Assembly (NCBI GenBank): GCA_010356995.1
Contig: ML996704.1
Location: 310,001 to 374,000, forward strand
From: Trichodelitschia bisporula
Lineage: Eukaryota
DNA: 64,000 nt
Direction of reading: 5' to 3'
In this document: positions 52,305 to 63,291 of the stretch, one piece after another
Numbering within the stretch: position 1 is the first letter of the stretch
Layout of the letters: each line of letters starts with the position of its first letter
Program-made: the position numbers and the translations under genes
The notes under the pieces: model-generated
Database searches by the model: none
Told to the model about the DNA's origin: nothing
Seen by the model: only the letters and a program-made list of their open reading frames with translations

Positions 52305-53306
52305 GGGATTTCCCGGAGCGAGGAGTAGGTGGGGGTAGCGTTGTTGTGCATGGCGAAAAGCGAAGCTCACGTTCTATGGTCTTTTTCTTCCCCCGCTGTA
52401 CACGTAGGATAGGGTGACTTGTTCGGCATGGGAAATGGGGGAGGGGAAAATCTTAGATGGGCCGGGTAACGGCTGTACTGTCAAACTGGTAGTAGTTTGT
52501 GCTTTGTGAGCGCCTAGGGATTTTGATTTTACTGGCAAAGTTTTTGGATTGCTCCCTTGTTTCGGTCTGCTCTCCAGGCCAATACATTGTCTGGCAGCCT
52601 CCATGTGGTTCTCTGTATCATATGCCTACCATCTCCACTATCTAAATCTCGTATATCGAGAGCTCAATGTCTCTCTTCGGTACCACCGGCAAAGGAACCT
52701 TCTCCGCGGTTCATGCCTTCGTACTCGGTGACCGACGCGCCGAGCGGGCGGCCCGAGGTCTGCGCTTCTGACGTCTTTGAACCTCACCCTTGGTGACGTG
52801 CAAGGTCCGGGGTGGAACAGAGCTCGTTGCGTGGGGGGCTTTTGATTGATGAGGGGCATGGTGGAAGGGTCGGCACGTTGCGGGGCTCAACGAATAGGAT
52901 GCGACAAATAGATAATGAAGCTAGGGGTCAACAGCGTCATGGTGAAGTAAGCGGCGCGGGGTGGAGGTGGTGCGGATTTACTTCGGATTTCAAGGATCAT
53001 GAGGTTGAGGTCATAATGCTGCTTTTTAAACTGCTAATTATTCGGTCGTGCCTTCTATATCCTTTCAAAAAGGCCGAATTGAAGTACATTCACGCAGTAC
53101 AAGCCGTAGCGCGCCCGTCTGATGATATCCCGCAGAACGCCATCTATGCAAAATGTGTACACCGACCCAATGCATGGCTGCTTCTCAGTCACCCGACTGA
53201 CAAAGCCTACACTCCGGTGTATCAAAATACGCTACAAGAGGAAGACATCGAGACGCGGAAGGTGGAGCAGTTCGTGATGCGTGGTGTATGGAAAACAATT
53301 GTGCGT

Positions 53307-54115
53307 CTATTTCGACGCGGCTTCGGCATGGGCCTTGCGCTCGTTCATTCTCCTCTCTTCAGCATCAACCATTTCTGCGTAGAGTTAGCAGTAGATTCAA
53401 CATGTAACGCTCGGAAACGTACCTCTCCATTGGTCCTCGCCAGCATAGCGCTCATGGTGGATACGCTTCTCAATGATCTTCTTGTGCAGCGGGTCATTGG
53501 GGTCGATGACCTTGATAGTCTCCCACCGGCCCTTGCCCTTGGTGGCATCATTTGCCTCAAGCATAAAGCTCGCCAGCAAGATCGCAATCGTCAAACCTTG
53601 CGCATACACACGTGCCTGCACCAGCTTCTGCTGGCCAGTCAGGTACGGATTGCGGCGAACGAGGCCGAGCGACACGCCCATGGCCGCCACCCATCCGCCG
53701 AACACGATCTTGTACCGGTTCTCCGCGCCCCATTCCTTTGCTCTTTCCAGCGCTGATTTCTGTGCATTGATCTCGTCCTGCAATGTGTGGTCTGGCTGCG
53801 TGTACCGCTCGGGATGCGCTATCTTCTCGTACCTGGCCGATGCCCGGTCGGCTGCAATGATAGCGGAAAAGGTGCCCGTGGATGCGGCGAGGAAGGCCCG
53901 GAAGGGAACCGTTAGGTTGCGGAAGGCGGGGAAGCGGCGATTTGCGGCGAGGACGCCGAGTGTCCCGACTGTGAGGCCGGCTACACCGCCAATGGTGCCG
54001 CCTTTGACCGTGGCGCTGTGTGAGTGTAAGAAAGAGTGTCTGTGAAGCTGAAGGCTAGCGAGGCAGTGACGTACCGGTAGTGATCATCCTCTTCTTCCTT
54101 GCTGATGATTCTCAT
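53307..54115 (-). CDS. RCF2: Respiratory supercomplex factor 2 (HIG1 domain)
   Basis: MRIISKEEEDDHY|ATVKGG, ENRYKIVFGGW, QKLVQARVYAQGLT, HHERYAGEDQWR|EMVDAEE; 3 exons. Confidence 0.92.
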
Positions 54116-54866
54116 GTTGAAGTTGCTGTGCGGTGATGTCGATCTAAGTGTCTGTGTGTGCCTGGAATGCAGAAAAGGAGGCGAGAAAGGCGGACCAGCT
54201 CACTTGTTAAATAAAGCGGTTGGTAAGTAGTGCGACAGAGTAATTCTCTTCAAGGCCAAAGGCTAGAAGCCGATGCGCCGCAAGTCCGCGGGTTTGATGC
54301 CAAATGACGTTGCGCTTGCTCACGCCACACGGAAAATGCGGCCAGTGCCGCACATGCCGCGCCGCCCCAGGGCAACCCTCGAGGGACATGCGCTGAGTGA
54401 CGGCAGGCCAGCGATGACTGAGCGAAGCCGCACTCATACATCGTTGTCAACACGGCTCTTCTTACTTAAGCCTTCTCAGTCATCTCCGCGGTGCTCGCTT
54501 CGTGCCTTGCCCTGTTCTCGTCGCGGGCTCTTTTGTTCCAATATAGATTTTGAGTTTAACAGCATGCAGGCAACATCTCGGCCTACCGGAGGCGCCTACG
54601 TAGTACGGCATCGAACCACCACGCACCACCGTGATATACGAGTATCATTCAACGCTGTACCCTGGATGAGGTTGCCATGACAGTCAAGAGCACAAGGTAT
54701 AGATAACAACTATTCGAAGAGCCATAAGAAAATGCCACCCATGGTGCGCGGAAACGCAACGACCATCTACCCAACAAGACTCCGTGTCCGTACAGGTATC
54801 CAAACGCCAAACCATATCCGAGCAAATGACAGTTAGAAAGCCTAAGAACGCCGAACCATGTTCCTC

Positions 54867-57073
54867 TCAATGAAGTGCCTTGCTATCAGCCCCGAAGAAG
54901 ACGAACACCTCCGATTCCAGGTCCCTGCTCTTCTCAAGAGCATCCACTACCTCCGTGCTCAAAGTATTCTGAAATGCAACCTTTTGGGTGGTGCCGCTGC
55001 TTGTCTGCTCGCTGCGGCGCTTAATGCTCCCAAGATTACCGGCAACACATTCTTTTCCGTTCCACTTTGCGTCCGCGGCGGCCTTCCACATGGCAGTGGC
55101 GTCGACCGTCATCTGGAGAGTGTAAAAGAGCCTGCAATCCGCTGGTTCGTACACAAACTGCAGCGGCGTTCCGGTCGAGTCTCCCTTCCTGATGCCGTCT
55201 CTGTTGTTAACGCCCGACGCAACCGACCTTTGGAATGGCAAATCCGAGTTGTACTGGTCTAGCTCTGAGTTCTTCATCTTCTTGGACTGGTCCGCAGTCG
55301 CCATAGCCACACTCTCCTGGACCATATTCCTGATATTACCCAGCCATGACCAAGCGTTCGTACCCTTGACGCCTCCTACAGCCTGGATCATGTTCTTATT
55401 CGGACGGCCTCCCATCACAACCGTCTTTACACCGACGAGCTGGCGCATCAGCTCGCTGAAAATCGTGCAGGACGAGGCGCAGTGGCCGTCGTAGACGATC
55501 ACGATATCTTCAGCTGCAAAGGGTTGCTTGAATTCGGTCCGGGTTCCATAGCCGGTCATGGTAATCCCGCTCAAGACGTTCGGATCCGTCCAGTCCCAGC
55601 GTATGAGTTGGGTGAAGTTGTCTCCATGGCTCTGCACGGGGCCAAACTTTTCTGGCCAGTTCTTGAAGTGCTTGCCGTCAACTTGGAGGTCTTGCTTGTA
55701 GTTGAAGGGCGAGTCCGAGCCAGTTGCGGAGTAAACCTCGCCAATCATTTGCACCTCGTTACTTGCGCGGAGGCGGTCTGCTGCCGCGTACGCCTCGGTC
55801 TGCGGGAACAATTGTTTGAACAGCTCATACGCCAACACGATGTATCCGCCACCGTTGCCGCTGACGTCGATGACGAGCTTCTTCTTTCCCGCCTTTTTGG
55901 CCTCCGCAAGGAACTTCTCCGTCACGCTCTGGAATTCGTCGATGCTGGGCTCGAACGAAGCAACGGTGAGTACGGCAACCTCTGAATGTTCCCCGTCGAG
56001 GAAGTACCCGGAAATGAGGTTACTCGAATCAACAACCACGGGTTCCGGATATCCTGGCGACGAGGCCGAGGCCGTCTTTTTGGCCACCATGTTCTGCATT
56101 GCTCCCGCGGTTTTGAAGTACTTGTCATACAGGTCCTGGCCACTCTTGATGTTGGCAAAGCTTTGCAGAACGCGGGCATAGTTCTCATAAGTCACCGTCG
56201 TGCCATTGGCGTAGGTGATCGTTGTCTTCCCGCCCGGATACGTCCAGCGTGCGTAGTTCCCTCCGGAAAACAACCCCGTTGCGGAACCCGCACCGCCCTG
56301 CCTAACCTGCGCCAGGTTGTAGAAGTTGACATTGTACAGCGCGTCGCGGTCCTGGAGCCCGGAGATCTGGGACCAGTCTTGCAGGAAGGCGGCCGCGTCC
56401 TGGCCGTTGATTTGACTCACGGCTGAGGGGTGGAACGTGGTGTCTTTTGCGGCGGTGAGCACGTCGGCGAAGACGAAGATGCCCGGAATTTTGAAGCCGT
56501 CTTCGGATACACTGACTAGCTCCAATGGTCGGCCCCAGCTGAAGATTCCGGCGACGACGTCGGGGAGGTAGTAGAAGTGGCCGTCGTGAGCTGATTGGAA
56601 TAGGTGGTAGAGCTCCCAGCCGAACTGCGACGATGTCAGCCTCGTCCTGGAAAAACACAAAAATTCTAGAACCGGGAATCACTCACATCATACTCCCGCG
56701 TCCACTCTCCCGCTTTCAACTTCTTCTCAATGTTATCCAGTCCGCCCCATATATCCACCGGCTCCTGAACCTTGGCCACGTACTCAGCCGGCGGGTTCTT
56801 GAGTACGGCTGTCGTGCTCTGCCACCGCACATACGGCCTCACGGCAGTAAGTAGCTCCAGTGCAGCTGTCCGGTTCAACGGCACGCTCTGGATACAGTCC
56901 CAAGCCGCTTGCGCGGGAATGCTTTTTGCGCCGGCGGGGAGGCGGGCTTGGAGGTCCGCGATGACGGAGCACGGCGCTGCTGTATCGTCCCGTGCTGCCA
57001 ACGGGACGGCATGTGCAAGCGTAAAGAAAAGCGCGGCACTAGCCAGCGCAGCAAAGAGACGGGATGACGACAT
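54867..57073 (-). CDS. Secreted fungal peptidase S41-family protein (UstP-like)
   Basis: Signal peptide; AWDCIQSVP, WQST, AHDGHF, QDRDALYN, LVIDVSGNGGG, YDGHCASSCTIFSE (catalytic Ser region), QAVGGVKG, PLQFVYEPADCRLFYT; intron 56625-56686; TATA near 57150. Confidence 0.9.
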
Positions 57074-57613
57074 CGCGAAAGGAAACAACGCGCTTCAAAC
57101 CTAATCGAACTGCTGACGCCCGAACCCAACCGTCCGGCGTCCATTGCGCTATATACCCGCGCCCTCGCCGCAGACTTCCGCGCCCAGCTGCGACGAGCAA
57201 AGACTCGCGGTTGTAGGCATGGTGGTCATCGCGGCGCTGGATCGCTGTGTGGCGCTTAGGCTGAGACTTCCGCATTTGGAAGGTTGCGGTAATGGGGCCA
57301 ATGCTAGAGGAGTGGGCTGAGGGGTGAGGCGGTGGAGGGGAGTCATGGGCGTGATTTGCGTGCTTAGGTGCGCTGCTTGTGACGGGGTGGGGGAGTGGGA
57401 TGGAGGGGCAGTGTGGGGCTTGCTTGTGGCCTGAAGGAGGGGAGGAGGAGAGGGATGTGGGAGCTTGTGTCACCGATGTGTGTACGCATCGTGAGTTTGG
57501 TATTTTGAGTTGATGTTCTCGAATATGGAGCTGTGGAGGAGGAGCTATGGCACCTCGAACGGGACCGTGGACGGGATGCAGTTAAGCTTATTCCTTAGCC
57601 GCTGCGACTTCAT

Positions 57614-58015
57614 TTATTCATCGTGGACAACCTGTCCCGATCGCTGTGCGATAAATTGCTGCGAACTACGTATATTGCACCCGCATGCCCCCTCCCCTCC
57701 CCCTCCACTCTCCTCCCGGGGGAAGATACCGCCCCCCCTCTCCGACCCCCCCCTGTCATACCACGCGCTCCTAGTGTCCTGGCGGGGAAGGAGCGAAGAC
57801 GCACCACCGGTGATCGGTACCAAAGGGCGAAGTTCGGTGGTGCGCGGGCCGTGGATCAGGTACCTGCCGGAAATAGATTGCGGGGGGGGGGGGGGGCTTG
57901 GCGATCTTCGCCAGGGGGCTATTTGGGAAGGTTGATGGATTGAGCTAGGGATGATGGGGCTGTTTTGAGACGGGAAGGATGAGGGGCTGGATGGGTGTGG
58001 CGGTGCTGTTGACAT
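57614..58015 (-). CDS. Possible small orphan ORF (133 aa, Pro/Ser/Gly-rich)
   Basis: ATG-initiated ORF with the same C-rich 5' / G-rich 3' skew as real neighbouring genes; no recognisable domain; the frame depends on a G15 run. Confidence 0.25.
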   Translation of the reverse strand: MSTAPPHPSSPSSFPSQNSPIIPSSIHQPSQIAPWRRSPSPPPPPQSISGRYLIHGPRTTELRPLVPITGGASSLLPRQDTRSAWYDRGGSERGGGIFPREESGGGGEGACGCNIRSSQQFIAQRSGQVVHDE

Positions 58016-58199
58016 GTGCTCGTATGTTGAGATCCGGATTTGTGATGCCTGGCCTGGCGGAGGAGGCTCCGCCTTGCAGCCTAGTAGGAGGGGGAAGGAA
58101 GAGGTATTTACGTCGTCGACTCACGAACTCCATCCCACGAACACGAACTCCTCCCTTCAAACGAGAATAACCCCCCTTCCCGCCCCCACCTACCTAACC

Positions 58200-60236
58200 T
58201 CAGCCCTCCATCTCCAAACTGACCTCAAAGCACCCACTCCCCTTCCCCCCCCTATGCTCAACCTCAAGCTCAAACCAGCTATCCTCCCTCGGCACATCCG
58301 TAATCCCCACCTCACCCCTAAACGTCGCATTCCCCCCCTCCCCCACCATCGCCTCCCTCAACACAGTATTCAGCCGCACATGGCGCAGCAGCACGCGAAT
58401 CGCCAGTCCCTCCGTCAATGGCGCAACGCTCACGACTGCATTCCGCAGCGCTTGGGCTTCGAATGTGAGTCTGCGCGGTTCGAGGCCGGGCGAGACGTAG
58501 TCTGCGATGGAGAGACCGGGGAGGAGGAGTGTTGCTGTGTCGGGCCCGTTGTCGTACCCCGTCAACCCGCGGCTGACAACTGCGTGCAGAAAACTCCCGA
58601 CTTGGGAGGAGTTATGCAGCGCCGCATACGTGCCGCCGGTGCGTAGAATCGCAGTTCTTAGATCCGCGAGGCGCTGCGCGTCCAGAGCTGGATCCGGGCT
58701 AGGCGGGGACGGGAGGATGAACCCGATGTGCACGCGGATGTGTTCATCGCCGGCTCGCCAGATATGGCGGATCTGCTCGGAAAGGCTGGCGGGGTGCGCA
58801 TGGGTAAGCAGTATGACGGCAGATTTGTTCGCCGGCGTGTTGGCGTCTGCCACCAGCTCCGACACAAAATGCCCTATATCCAGGCTGGCCGTGACGAAGT
58901 GCGCCGCCGACCCGGTATCGAAACCGCCGTCGAAATTACCCCCGGCGCCGGCGAGCACCGAGAAGGTCATTTCGGCGGTCGCGTGTGCGGAGGAGTTAGT
59001 ATCGTTGGTCGGGAAGAACTCCCCCTCGTCATGCGACGAGCCCTGCAGCTCGGACAGGATCCAGGACTCGATCGGCGTATGCATGTAGCTAATCGTCTGC
59101 ACGACATTAGACCCAAACTCGCGGTCAGCGACGATAGCGATGCGTCGGCCGTAGCAGTCAGACGCGGGGTTATCGCGGATCAGGGCGCAGATAATGATAT
59201 TCCCCTTCTCGGAGCCGTAGAGCCGGCGGATTTCCTCGCGGAAGTGTCGCCATTGGCGCTGAGTGTCAAGTATGGCGCCGCTCACGGCGGCTTGGAAGTT
59301 CCCGTAGAGATCGCTGCGCGGCGTGTTCGGGCCGGGATCCTTGGTGGCTCCCGTTACCGGGTCGATGATCCCGTTGTCCTTGTTTAGCGTGTGGTGTGTA
59401 ACCCGGCCTGTGCAATCCAGCGAGCCGGGCTCGAGCGGGTGTCCCGGCTGCCCGATCGCGCCGTCCGTAAGCAAGCCGCCGAAGCAGCCCGTAGACAAAT
59501 GATGCGGCACCTGCTCCGCAATATGATTCTCCGCCCTGAGATCCATAAACGGGGGCAAATCCTCCCTGTTCAGTCCCGGGGGATTATCCAGGCCAAACGG
59601 CGCCACCGCCCTATCACCCCAATTCGAATGCGCCCAAAAGTCCTGCACGCCATGCAACGCGCGCCCCAGCCCCTCAAGCGCACTACACTTCCCGCGGCTG
59701 AAGAGATGCAGTTGCAGATCCGGGAACGAGAACACGCAGTGCGCGGCCCGGATGTCCACATCGCCCTCATTGATCCGCGTATGGTCATCCACGATCTTCT
59801 CCGCCGCGTCCAGGCCCTCCATCATGCGCGTGCGCAGGTGGTCGATGCACGCCTGCAGCGTCTCGGTCGCCTGGGCGCGCGAGCGCGGATACTTCCCGTC
59901 TAACCCCCAGGCGCCGTGATCGAAGAAATCGGCATTATCACAATGTGCGTGTGGACCCTCCGGGACTGGGTCCAGCGTGTCTGGTGCGCCGACGGCGCCG
60001 TTAAAGCCCCGCCCGATATGTCCGTCCGGCCCGGATGTGCCGGCGATTTGCATCAGTGATAGGTCCTCGAAGCAGACGGCGTCGGAGAAGGGCCGGCCGG
60101 GGGGGCAGCCGAGGGCGGCGCGGGTGAGGCGCTCATGTTCGCAGTGCTGGCCGATGCGGAGTGGCTCATTGACGGTGCCGAAGGCGGCGGTGGAGGTGGC
60201 GAAGATAAGAAAGGTGAGGGCCGGGAGGCGGCGCAT
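58200..60236 (-). CDS. Secreted CinY-like / HET-C-like (Zn phospholipase C fold) protein fused to a degenerate vWA-like domain
   Basis: Signal peptide ...STAA|FGT; GQHCEHERLTRAAL, GAVGAPD, AHCDNADF, GRALHGVQDFWAHSNWGD, HHTLNKDNG; C-terminal RRIAIVAD, NKSAVILLT, IRVHIGFI, AILRTGGTY, LLPGL; intronless, 678 aa. Confidence 0.75.
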   Translation of the reverse strand: MRRLPALTFLIFATSTAAFGTVNEPLRIGQHCEHERLTRAALGCPPGRPFSDAVCFEDLSLMQIAGTSGPDGHIGRGFNGAVGAPDTLDPVPEGPHAHCDNADFFDHGAWGLDGKYPRSRAQATETLQACIDHLRTRMMEGLDAAEKIVDDHTRINEGDVDIRAAHCVFSFPDLQLHLFSRGKCSALEGLGRALHGVQDFWAHSNWGDRAVAPFGLDNPPGLNREDLPPFMDLRAENHIAEQVPHHLSTGCFGGLLTDGAIGQPGHPLEPGSLDCTGRVTHHTLNKDNGIIDPVTGATKDPGPNTPRSDLYGNFQAAVSGAILDTQRQWRHFREEIRRLYGSEKGNIIICALIRDNPASDCYGRRIAIVADREFGSNVVQTISYMHTPIESWILSELQGSSHDEGEFFPTNDTNSSAHATAEMTFSVLAGAGGNFDGGFDTGSAAHFVTASLDIGHFVSELVADANTPANKSAVILLTHAHPASLSEQIRHIWRAGDEHIRVHIGFILPSPPSPDPALDAQRLADLRTAILRTGGTYAALHNSSQVGSFLHAVVSRGLTGYDNGPDTATLLLPGLSIADYVSPGLEPRRLTFEAQALRNAVVSVAPLTEGLAIRVLLRHVRLNTVLREAMVGEGGNATFRGEVGITDVPREDSWFELEVEHRGGKGSGCFEVSLEMEG

Positions 60237-61161
60237 TGTGTGTGGGGTGCGTCCGGTGGGATTCCTAGCTCGGGGCGCGGATCTTGGAAGTGTGGAAGAG
60301 TGGATGTCTTAGTGTTTCGGACAGAATTTCCATGGTGCGCTGACGGTTGAAGCGGTTCTTGACGGCTTCGCGGGAAGATGGAAGGCTGGGTTAAAAGGCG
60401 ACGGCGCACATTTGGAGGGTACCGGTACAGATGAGACGGTGGATTTGGTAGGATGAATTGTTTGATAAGGTGGGAGAGCGGGACGAAAGGAGGAGAGGAA
60501 TTAAAAGGTTGTCGTGGCCTGTTGCTTTGGGCTTATGTGAGGGTTTTTGTCAAGATATCGACCTCAGAGCTTCACTCCAGGACCCACGCGTTCGGATCCC
60601 ATGATTTTCCGATCTTACGCCGCACCGCCACCCTTACATCAGAGGCCGACGCTAACCACGCGCTGACTTGCTCGTTATCCATTGGCCACATGGCGCTATC
60701 ATCGGACTCCCAAGGCTGAGAACTTATGCTTGTGATGCAGTAGGACACTCTCGGAGGATGTAGGTGTAAAATTAGCCTGGTCAGAACTTATTCTGCAGAT
60801 CGAATAGACTGGGACAGCTTTAGTCGTCACCAATGGGTAATGCCTCGCATCCTCACACTTTTCACCACGCAAATCACCGGAAAGGAGCAGCAATAACCCC
60901 AAAGTCCATCGTCCGTTGAATGACGAATGACGTATATAACCACCGCAATCACCACCACCTCCATCACTCGGGACTGGGGGCACATATCGACAAAGCGACC
61001 AGAACTAGCAACCAGGGGGATATGCCACCACCTCTCTCGCAACGAAAACGCAAAAAGTCCACTAAGCGATCGCTAAACCCATTCCTCCCACACAACGCAC
61101 TCAACCCCAAATCCAACGCCCCGCACCGAAAGCAATACCTCTATTGGCCCTCTGCCACAAT

Positions 61162-63291
61162 CTATACATCCATCGAATCACTCATTCTCCCACCGAACAA
61201 CTCCCCAGCTTCCCGACAATACCGTCCGCCACGCTCACTAATAACCTCACTCCCCCAGCACACAACCACCGCGTCCAGTACGCCCAACACAACTCCCTCC
61301 ATCGCACCCAGCACGCCCCACCCAATCGCAGCAGCCCCAAGCCCAACCACATACGCATACCCACTACCACCATGCCCGTCCACAACACGCACAGCCCTCG
61401 CACCGGCAACCCACGCACCGATCCCCAGCGTCAGCGCCACAACCCACCGCGTCGCATGAAGAAGCATCTTTGCCGTACGATAAGCAAGGAGCGGGTCTTG
61501 TCCCCGTCCGCCATGTATGCCCTTAACATTTCGTGGGGAGAGCGTTGTCGTTGCCGCAGTGGCGTCCACGAACTTCAACGTGGCGAGGCCGCGCGCCGCC
61601 GGAGCCAGTGGCATGGAGTGGATGGCGGCATAGGTGAGTGTGAGGGGGTTAGTGAGCGCGGCGACGGGTGCCGGCACGATGGGGAAGAAGCAAAAGGATA
61701 TGAGCGCGACCATGCGACGGGGAAGAAGCAGGAGCGGGAGGCGGACAGCGAGAGCAAGCAGTGTTGAGAGGCAGATGGTGCCGAAGAGGGAACCCGTGGC
61801 GTGGCCTAGAGAGGCCAGAACAACGGCGCGAGACGATGGCGCTGGTGAGGCGAGCCGGTGGAAGTACCACTGACTCGTCGTGGCGGCTGAAGTAGCGCGA
61901 TGCACGCCCGAGATGATCGAGAGTGTCCACAGCAACATGAGGGCGTAAAAGGCGCCTAGCCACCAGGTGCTCACGTCGATGACGAAGAGGCGAGTCTTGC
62001 CGCGCGGTACGGACCAGTGACCCTCGAGGAACACACGCGCGAAAAGGCCGAGCCAGACCCAGAACCAGACAATCGTCACAAACAGGGCACCGAACCCCGC
62101 AAGGACGAGTGCCGGACTGGCAGCGACGATTTTGCATGAGAATTCGAGCACCTCGACGGCCCGCTCAATCGAGTGACGCGCTTTGATAGACAGGTAGGTC
62201 CACATTATGGCGCCGGCGAGGGGGACAAAGGACAAGATACGCATCGCCTTGTCTTGGAAGCTGGCGCCGTGCCAGAAGCCTTTGTAGCTCGACACCAGGG
62301 CGAACAGCGAAAAGGAGAAGAATATTACCGGCACTGCAACGAGGATAAGGTAGGTGAGCGGGCGGAGATATGTCCGCAGCAGTGCCAGCCATAGTGCAGC
62401 CACTATGACTGCAACAAGCGTGTCGACAGCCAGCAGATGAAACGATGACCTTAACGTAGAGTAAATGGTGTCTCCTAAGGGATTCCTGCCGCTGGGGGGA
62501 GCATCTGTATGAAGATAGACGAGAAGCGCGCTTCCGAGCAATGACGCCAGGCAGATCCAGAAGAACGAAGACCAGAACTCGTCGTGTCGCGGGGGTCCAA
62601 ATGGCTCCTCCGCCACGCCCGGCGGCACGCTCTCCCGGTCCGGACTTGGTGGGCGGGGGTTTAAGTGCGATGTCTCCTCGTCCGTCTCTTGCGGTATCCA
62701 CGTATGCTCACGCGCGATGCCGATGGCGGGGGAGTTTCGAAAGGTCTGAAAGGCGGGCGGATCGTCATCCGATTCCATCTCGTCTCCTTCGATCTCATCT
62801 CGCTCCACTGCATCAATACTGCTTCGCTCCGACTCGGACAGCTCAACGTCGACCAGCCTGCCGCGTCCCCTGCTGCTGGCACTGACTTGAGACTCTGCGA
62901 TGGTGCTCCGGTCTCGATCGGGATGTTCCGCAACCGACTCCACGCCGCGTGGTCGTCCTCTCTTGGTGCTCTTATCTCCCCGCCACGAACTGCGTATGCC
63001 TCGGCTCGTGCCGTGCGGGCGCTCCTCCTCTGGTTTCCTGTCGTCGACATGAGAGGAATGGTCTGGATCGTCGATTTCGGATGATTCGGTCAGGTTGCTT
63101 GCACCAAAGTAGCGTCTAGACTTTTGTAGGGCATAATAATCCGTCACTTCTCGTTCATGCTCCTCCCCATCGTCCTCTTCCCGGAAATCCTCTGTTGCAC
63201 TAAGGAAGAGTGGTGCCTGTTGTGCAGCGATCCGCGATGCAAAGGGAAAGCGCGAAAGCTGCGAGCCGGAGGGCTGATAAGGGCTCGCCAT
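61162..63291 (-). CDS. Choline transporter-like (CTL/SLC44) membrane protein
   Basis: EHEREVTDYYALQKSRR, LGDTIY, SWQD-like SFQDKAMR, GVHRATSAATTSQWYFHR, FGTICLS, LTNPLTLTYAAIHS, YRTAKMLLHATR, DAVVVCW; about 10 TM segments; intronless. Confidence 0.88.
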   Translation of the reverse strand: MASPYQPSGSQLSRFPFASRIAAQQAPLFLSATEDFREEDDGEEHEREVTDYYALQKSRRYFGASNLTESSEIDDPDHSSHVDDRKPEEERPHGTSRGIRSSWRGDKSTKRGRPRGVESVAEHPDRDRSTIAESQVSASSRGRGRLVDVELSESERSSIDAVERDEIEGDEMESDDDPPAFQTFRNSPAIGIAREHTWIPQETDEETSHLNPRPPSPDRESVPPGVAEEPFGPPRHDEFWSSFFWICLASLLGSALLVYLHTDAPPSGRNPLGDTIYSTLRSSFHLLAVDTLVAVIVAALWLALLRTYLRPLTYLILVAVPVIFFSFSLFALVSSYKGFWHGASFQDKAMRILSFVPLAGAIMWTYLSIKARHSIERAVEVLEFSCKIVAASPALVLAGFGALFVTIVWFWVWLGLFARVFLEGHWSVPRGKTRLFVIDVSTWWLGAFYALMLLWTLSIISGVHRATSAATTSQWYFHRLASPAPSSRAVVLASLGHATGSLFGTICLSTLLALAVRLPLLLLPRRMVALISFCFFPIVPAPVAALTNPLTLTYAAIHSMPLAPAARGLATLKFVDATAATTTLSPRNVKGIHGGRGQDPLLAYRTAKMLLHATRWVVALTLGIGAWVAGARAVRVVDGHGGSGYAYVVGLGAAAIGWGVLGAMEGVVLGVLDAVVVCWGSEVISERGGRYCREAGELFGGRMSDSMDV

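Noticed and set aside
52812..53756. 314-aa plus-strand ORF
   Set aside because: Non-ATG start and largely antisense to RCF2 and its 3' region; no domain.
57825..57844. GAAGTTCGGTGG resembling the RNase P RNA CR-I/P4 strand
   Set aside because: No complementary 3' P4 strand or other conserved regions found downstream.
54867..60236. Ustiloxin-type RiPP cluster around the S41 peptidase
   Set aside because: No KR-delimited repeat precursor, DUF3328 oxidase or tailoring enzymes in the window.
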